A program made the translations under genes and the position numbers. From NCBI RefSeq assembly GCF_009914755.1, contig NC_060933.1: a DNA stretch of 64,000 bases, one strand, 5' to 3'. Every line of letters begins with the position of its first letter. Position 1 is the first letter of the stretch. Under the pieces are notes generated by a model that made no database searches, was not told the origin of the DNA, and saw nothing but the letters and a program-made list of their open reading frames with translations. This document shows, one piece after another, positions 57,601 through 64,000 of the stretch. Source of the DNA: the human T2T-CHM13v2.0 reference genome, Homo sapiens.

Positions 57601-59000
57601 TCCATTCCGTTCCGTTCCATTCCATTCCATTCCATTCTATTCGGGTTAATTCCATTCCATTCCATTCGATTGCAATCGTGTTGATTCCATTCCATTCCAT
57701 TCCATTCCATTCCATTCCATTCCATTCCTTTCCATTCCATTACGGATGATTCCATTTCATTGCATTCCATTCCATTCCATTCCCCTGTACTCGGGTTGAT
57801 TCCATTCCATTGCATTCCAATCCATGCCCTTCCACTCGTGTTGAGTCCATTCGTTCCATTCCATTCAAGTTGAATCCATTCCATTGCATTGCATTCCATT
57901 CGATTCCATTCGATTGCATTCGGGTTGATTCCATTCCATTGCATTCCATTCCATTCCATTCCATTCCATTCCATTCCATTCCATTCCGTTCCATTCCATT
58001 CCATTACATTCTGATTGATTCTATTCAATTCCCTTACACTCCATTACATTCCATTCCATTCGGGTAGTTTCCATTCCATTCCATTCCACTCCTCTCCATT
58101 CCATTGCACTCAGGTTAATTCCATTCCATTGCATTCCATTCCATTCCATTCAATTCCATTCCGTTCCATTCCATTCCATTTTATTCGGATTGATTCTATT
58201 CAACTCCCTTACTCTCCATTACATTCCATTCCATTCGGGTTGTTCCATTCCATTCCATTCCATTCCACTCCATTCCATTGCACTAGGGTTTATTCAATTC
58301 CACTCCATTCCATTCCATTCCATTCCATTCCATTCCGGAAGATTCCATTCCATTGCATTCCATTCCATTCCATTCCCCTGCACTCGCGTTGATTCCATTC
58401 CATTCCATTCCATTCCATTCCATTCCATTCCATTCCATTCCTTTCCGTTCCATTCCATTCCATTCCATTCCATTCCATTCCATTCCGTTCCGTTCCGTTC
58501 CATTCCATTCCATTCCATTTTATTCGGGTTAATTCCATTCCATTCCATTCGATTGCAATCGAGTTGATTCCATTCCATTCCATTCCATTCCATTCCATTC
58601 CATTCCATTCCTTTCCATTCCATTACGGATGATTCCATTCCATTGCATTACATTCCATTCCATTCGCCTGTACTCGGGTTGATTCCATTCCATTCCATTC
58701 CATTCCATTCTATTCCATTACATTCCATTCCATTCCGGAAGTTTCCATTCCATTGCATTCCGTTCCATTCCATTCCCCTGCACTCGCGTTGATTCCATTC
58801 CATTCCATTCCATTCCATTCCATTCGATTCCATTCCGATCCGTTCCATTCCATTCCATTCCATTCCATTCAGTTCCGTTCCATTCCATTCCATTCCATTC
58901 CATTCTATTCGGGTTAATTCCATTCCATTCCATTCAATTGCAATCGAGTTGATTCCATTCCATTCCATTCCATTCCATTCCATTCCATTCCATTCCATTC
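42601..59000 (+). repeat. ~16.3 kb higher-order tandem duplication, copy 2
   Basis: Near-identical to 26,266-42,600. Similarity ends in the pure ATTCC tract at 58,952-59,001. Confidence 0.95.
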
Positions 59001-61049
59001 CTTTCCATTACATTACAGGTGATTCCATTCCATTTCATTCCATTCCATTCCATTCCCCTGTACTCGGGTTGATTCTATTCCATTCCATTCCAATCCATGC
59101 CATTCCACTCGTGTTGATTCCATTCTTTCCATTCCATTCAAGTTGAATCCATTCCATTGCATTCCATTGCTTTCGATTCCATTCGATTGTACTCGGGTTG
59201 ATTCCATGGCATTGCATTCCATTCCATTCCATTCCATTCCATTCCTTTCCATTCCATTCCATTCCATTCCATTCGGATGCATTCTATTCAATTCCCTTAC
59301 ACTCCATTACATTCCATTCCATTCGTGTAGTTTCCATTCCATTCCATTCCATTCCTCTCCATTCCATTGCACTCGGCTTGATTCCATTCCATTCCATTCC
59401 ATTCCATTCCATTCCGGATGATTCCATTCCATGGAATTCCATTCCATTCCATTCCCCTGCACTTGGGTTGATTCCATTCCATTCCATTCCATTCCTTTCT
59501 GTTCCATTCCATTCCATTCCATTCCATTCTATTCGTGTTAATTCCTTTCTGTTCCATTCCATTCTATTCCATTCCATTCCATTGAAATCGAGTTGATTCC
59601 ATTCCATTCAATACCATTCCATTACATTCCATTCCATTCCATTCGGGATGATTCCATTCCATTGCATTCCATTCCATTCCATTCCCCTGCACTAGGGTTG
59701 ATTCTATTCCATTCCATTCCATTACATTCCATTCCATTCCGTTCCATTTCATTCTATTCGGGTTAATTCCATTCCATTCCATTCCACTCCATTCCAGTCC
59801 TTTCCATTCCATTCCACTCGGCTTGATTCCATTCTATTCCTTTCAATTCCATTCCATTCCATTCGATTGCAATCGAGTGGATTCCATTCGAGTTGAATCC
59901 ATTCCATTCCATTCCATTCCATTCCATTGCACACGGGTTCATTCCATTCCATTCCATTCCATTCCATTCCATTCTATTCCGAACCATTCCATTCCATCCC
60001 ATTCTATTCCGTTCCATTCCATGCCATTACACTCGGGTTGATTCCATTCCTTTCCATTCCATTCTTTTTGAATCCATTCCATTCCATTCCATTCCATTCG
60101 AATCAATTCCATTGCATTCGGGTTGATTCCATTCCATTCCATTCCATTCCATTTCATTCCATTCCATTCCGTTACATTCGGATTGATTCTATTGAATTCC
60201 CTTACACTCCATTACATTCCATTCCATTCGGGATGTTTCCATTCCATTCCATTCCATTCCACTCCATTCCATTGCATCAGGTTGATTGCATTCCATTCCA
60301 TTCCATTCCATTCCGGATGATTCCATTCCATTGCATTCCATTCCATTCCATTCCCCTGCACTCGGGTTGATTCCATTCCATTCCATTCCATTCCATTCCA
60401 TTCCGTTCCATTCCGTTCCATTCCTTTCCATTCCATTCCATTCCATTCCGGTTAATTCCATTCCATTCCATTCGATTCCATTCCATTCCATTCCATTCCA
60501 TTGCAGTCGGGTTGATTCCATTCCATTCCATTCCATTCCATTCCATTCCATTCCATTCCATTCCATTGAATTCCTTTCCATTCCATTCCATTCCATTCTA
60601 TTCGGGTTAATTCCATTCCATTCCATTCCATTCCATTCCATTCCATTCCATTCCATTCCATTCCATTCTATTCGGGTTAATTCCATTCCATTCCATTCCA
60701 TTCCATTCCATTCCATTCCATTCCAATCGAGTTGATTCCATTCCATTCCATTCCATTCCATTCCACTCCATTCCAGTCCTTTCCATTCCATTACACTCGG
60801 GTTGATTCCCTTCTATTCCTTTCCATTCCATTCCATTCCATTGCAATTGAGTTGATTCCATTGCTTTACATTCCATTCCATTCCATTCCATTCCGGATGA
60901 TTCCATTCCATTGCATTCCATTCCATTCCATTCCCCTGCACTCGGGTTGATTCCATTCCATTCCACTCCATTCCGTTCCGTTCCATTCCATTCCATTCCA
61001 TTGTATTCGGGTTAATTCCATTCCATTCCATTCCATTCCATTCCATTCC

Positions 61050-63960
61050 ATTCCATTTCATTCCATTACAATCGAGTTGATTCCATTCCATTCCATTCCA
61101 TTCCATTCCATTCCAGTCCTTTCCATTCCATTCCACTCGGGTTGATTCCATTCTATTAGTTTCCATTCCATTGCATTCCCTTCCATTCCACTCTGGTTGA
61201 TTCCATTCCTTTCCATTCCACTCGAATACATTCCCTCCTATTCCACTCGGAACGATTCCATTCCATTCCATTCCATTCCATTCCATTCCATTCCAGTTCG
61301 TTCCATTCCATTCTATTCCGTACCATTCCATTCCATTCCATTCCTTTCCATTCCATTCCTTTCCACTCGTGTTGATTCCATTCCTTTCCATTCCTTTCGG
61401 TTTGAAGGCATTCCATTCCATTCCATTCCATTCCATTCCATTCCATTCTATTCTCTTCCATTCCATTGCAATCGAGTTTAATCCATTGCCTTTCATTCCA
61501 TTCCATTCCATTCCATTCCATTCCATTCCGGAAGATTCCATTCCATTCCATTCCATTCCATTCCATTCCCCTGCACTCGCGTTGATTCCATTCCATTCCA
61601 TTCCATTCCATTCCGTTCCGTTCCATTCCATTCCATTCCATTCCATTCCATTCCGTTCCGTTCCATTCCATTCCATTCCATTCTATTCGGGTTAATTCCA
61701 TTCCATTCCATTCGGTTGCCATCGAGTTGATTCCATTCCATTCCATTCCATTCCATTCCATTCCATTCCATTCCATTCCTTTCCATTCCATTACGGATGA
61801 GTCCATTCCATTGCATTCCATTCCATTCCATTCCCCTGTACTCGGGATTATTCCATTCCATTCCATTCCACTCCATTCGGTTCCGTTGCATTCCATTCTA
61901 TTGCATTCCATTCTATTCGGGTTAATTCCATTCCATTATATTCCATTCCATTCCATTCCATTCCATTGCAATGGAGTTGATTCCATTCCATTCCATTCCA
62001 TTCCGGATGATTCCATTCCATTGCATTCCATTCCATTCCATTCCCCTGCACTCGTGTTGATTCCATTCCCTTCCATTCCATTCCATTCCATTCCATTCTA
62101 TTCCGATTAATTCCATTCCATTCCATTCCATTCCATTCCATTCCATTGCCATCGAGTTGATTCCATTCCATTCCTTTCCATTCCATTCCATTGCCTTGCA
62201 TTCCACTCGGGTTTATTCCATTCCATTCTTTCCACTCCAATACATTCCCTTCCATTCCACTCGGAATGATTGATTCCATTCCATTCTATTCCATTTCATT
62301 CCATTGCAATCCATTCCAATCCATTCCATTCCATTCCATTCCACTCGAGTTGACTTCATTCCATTCCTTTCCATTCCATTCCATTCCATTCCTTTCCACT
62401 CGAGTTGATTCCATTCCATTCCAATCCATTGCATTCCATTCCATGCCATTCCACTCGGGTTGATTCCATTCCTTTGCATTCCATTCCATTCCATTCCATT
62501 GCATTCCATTCCATTCCATTCCGTTGCATTCCATTCCATTACATTCGGATTGATTCTATTCAACTCCCTTACTCTCCATTACATTCCATTCCATTCGGGT
62601 TGTTCCATTCCATTCCATTCCATTCCACTCCATTCCATTGCACTCGGGTTGATTCCATTCCATTCCATTCCATTCCATTCCATTCCGGATGATTCCATTC
62701 CATTGCATTCCGTTCCATTACATTCCCCTGCACTCGGGTTGATACCATTCCATTCCATTCCATTCCATTCGATTGCCATCGAGTTGATTCCATTCCATTC
62801 CATTCCATTCCATTCCATTCCATTCCATTCCTTTCCATTCCATTCCTTTCCATTCCATTGCGGATGACTCCATTCCATTGCATTCCATTCCATTCCATTC
62901 CCCTGTACTCGGGTTGATTCCATTCCATTCCATTCCACTCCATTCGGTTCCGTTGCATTCCATTCTATTGCATTCCATTCTATTCGGGTTAATTCCATTC
63001 CATTCTATTCCATTCCATTCTATTCCATTCCATTGCAATGGAGTTGATTCCATTCAATTCCATTCCATTCCGGATGATTCCATTCCATTGCATTCCATTC
63101 CTTTCCATTCCCCTGCACTCGTGTTCTTTCCATTCCGTTCCATTCCATTCCATTCCATTCTATTCCGGTTAATTCCATTCCATTCCATTCCATTCCATTC
63201 CATTCCATTGCAATCGAGTTGATTGCATTCCATTCCTTTCCATTCCATTCCATTGCCTTGCATTCCACTCGGGTTGATTCCATTCCCTTCTTTCCACTCC
63301 ATTACATTCCCTTCCATTCCACTCGGAATGATTGATTCCATTCCATTCCATTCCATTTCATTCCATTGCAATCCATTCCAATCCATTCCATTCCATTCCA
63401 TTCCACTCGAGTTGACTTCATTCCATTCCTTTCCATTCCATTCCATTCCTTTCCACTCGAGTTGATTCCTTTCCATTCCAATCCATTGCATTCCATTCCA
63501 TGCCATTCCACTCGGGTTGATTCCATTCCTTTGCATTCCATTCCATTCCATTCCATTCCATTCCGTTGCATTCCATTCCATTACATTCGGATTGATTCTA
63601 TTCAACTCCCTTACTCTCCATTACATTCCATTCCATTCGGGTTGTTCCATTCCATTCCATTCCATTCCACTCCATTCCATTGCACTCGGGTTGATTCCAT
63701 TCCATTCCATTCCATTCCATTCCATTCCGGATGATTCCATTCCATTGCATTCCATTCCATTACATTCGCCTGCACTCGCGTTGATTCCATTCCATTCCAT
63801 TCCATTCCATTCACTTCCATTCCATTACAATTCGTTCCATTCCATTCTATTCCGTACCATTCCATTCCATTCCATACCATTCCATTCCATTCCATTCCAT
63901 TCCATTCCATTCCATTCCGTTCCATTCCGTTCCATTCCATTCCATTCCATTACATTACAT
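61050..63960 (+). repeat. Third, more compact paralog of the 36.8-41.2 kb region
   Basis: TTCCTTTCGGTTTGAAGGC (61,391 vs 37,083), GAGTTTAATCC (61,474 vs 37,161), TTCCGATTAA (62,101 vs 37,803), CTCGTGTTCTTTCC (63,118 vs 40,420). Confidence 0.78.
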
Positions 63961-64000
63961 TACATTCCGGATGATTCCATTCCATTGCATTCCATTCCAT

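Larger units (their letters stand above)
1..64000 (+). repeat. Satellite III (HSat3-type) array, (CATTC)n on + strand / (GGAAT)n on - strand
   Basis: ATTCC pentamer dominates every line, with the recurrent A(C/T)TCGGGTTG decamer typical of satellite III rather than the CATTCGATTC-dominated satellite II. No non-satellite interruption or polarity switch seen. Confidence 0.98.
1..64000 (-). ncRNA. Potential template for stress-induced G-rich (GGAAU)n SatIII lncRNA
   Basis: Inferred from family knowledge only (satellite III G-rich strand transcripts scaffold nuclear stress bodies). No start or end site can be located in the sequence. Confidence 0.3.

Noticed and set aside
159-63940. Hundreds of ORFs in all six frames (IPFHS / MEWNG repeats)
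   Set aside because: The pentamer has no stop codon in any frame. ORFs overlap on both strands, show no recognisable domain, and change frame between near-identical duplicate copies.
1-64000. CRISPR-like pattern of conserved words separated by variable segments
   Set aside because: The variable segments are just ATTCC runs, not unique spacers. There is no constant repeat/spacer length, leader or cas gene.
1-64000. Assignment as satellite II, alpha satellite, DYZ1 or telomeric repeat
   Set aside because: CATTCGATTC is a minor variant, there is no 171 bp monomer or CENP-B box, no regular 3.6 kb period and no TTAGGG.
1-64000. Embedded Alu/L1/LTR insertion or unique island
   Set aside because: No poly-A tail, target-site duplication or non-pentamer-derived stretch was seen by eye. 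A very short insertion could have been missed.

Overview
The whole 64 kb window is one uninterrupted block of classical satellite III (HSat3-type, human/great-ape pericentromeric heterochromatin). It is a (CATTC/ATTCC)n pentamer array, C-rich on the + strand throughout, interspersed with the diagnostic A(C/T)TCGGGTTG decamer and a small vocabulary of variant modules. I found no protein-coding gene, structured RNA gene, transposon, CRISPR array, unique DNA or strand inversion. All ORFs in the track are artefacts of a stop-free pentamer (IPFHS / MEWNG). The motif content (e.g. CGATTCCATTCGATTGCACTCGGGTTGATT) resembles the chromosome 9q12-type satellite III, but I cannot assign the chromosome from sequence alone. 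The informative structure is: (1) a recent head-to-tail duplication of about 16.3 kb (~26,270-42,600 and ~42,600-59,000) with its junction in a pure ATTCC tract; (2) older nested or dispersed duplications of about 0.1-0.6, 2.2, 2.7, 3.0 and 5.5 kb; (3) about 39 perfect three-box heat shock elements (nTTCnnGAAnnTTCn), usually followed at a fixed spacing by a TGCACTC metal-response-element core. I do not see a new gene system. The regulatory-motif ideas are hypotheses, and all counts and boundaries are manual and approximate.
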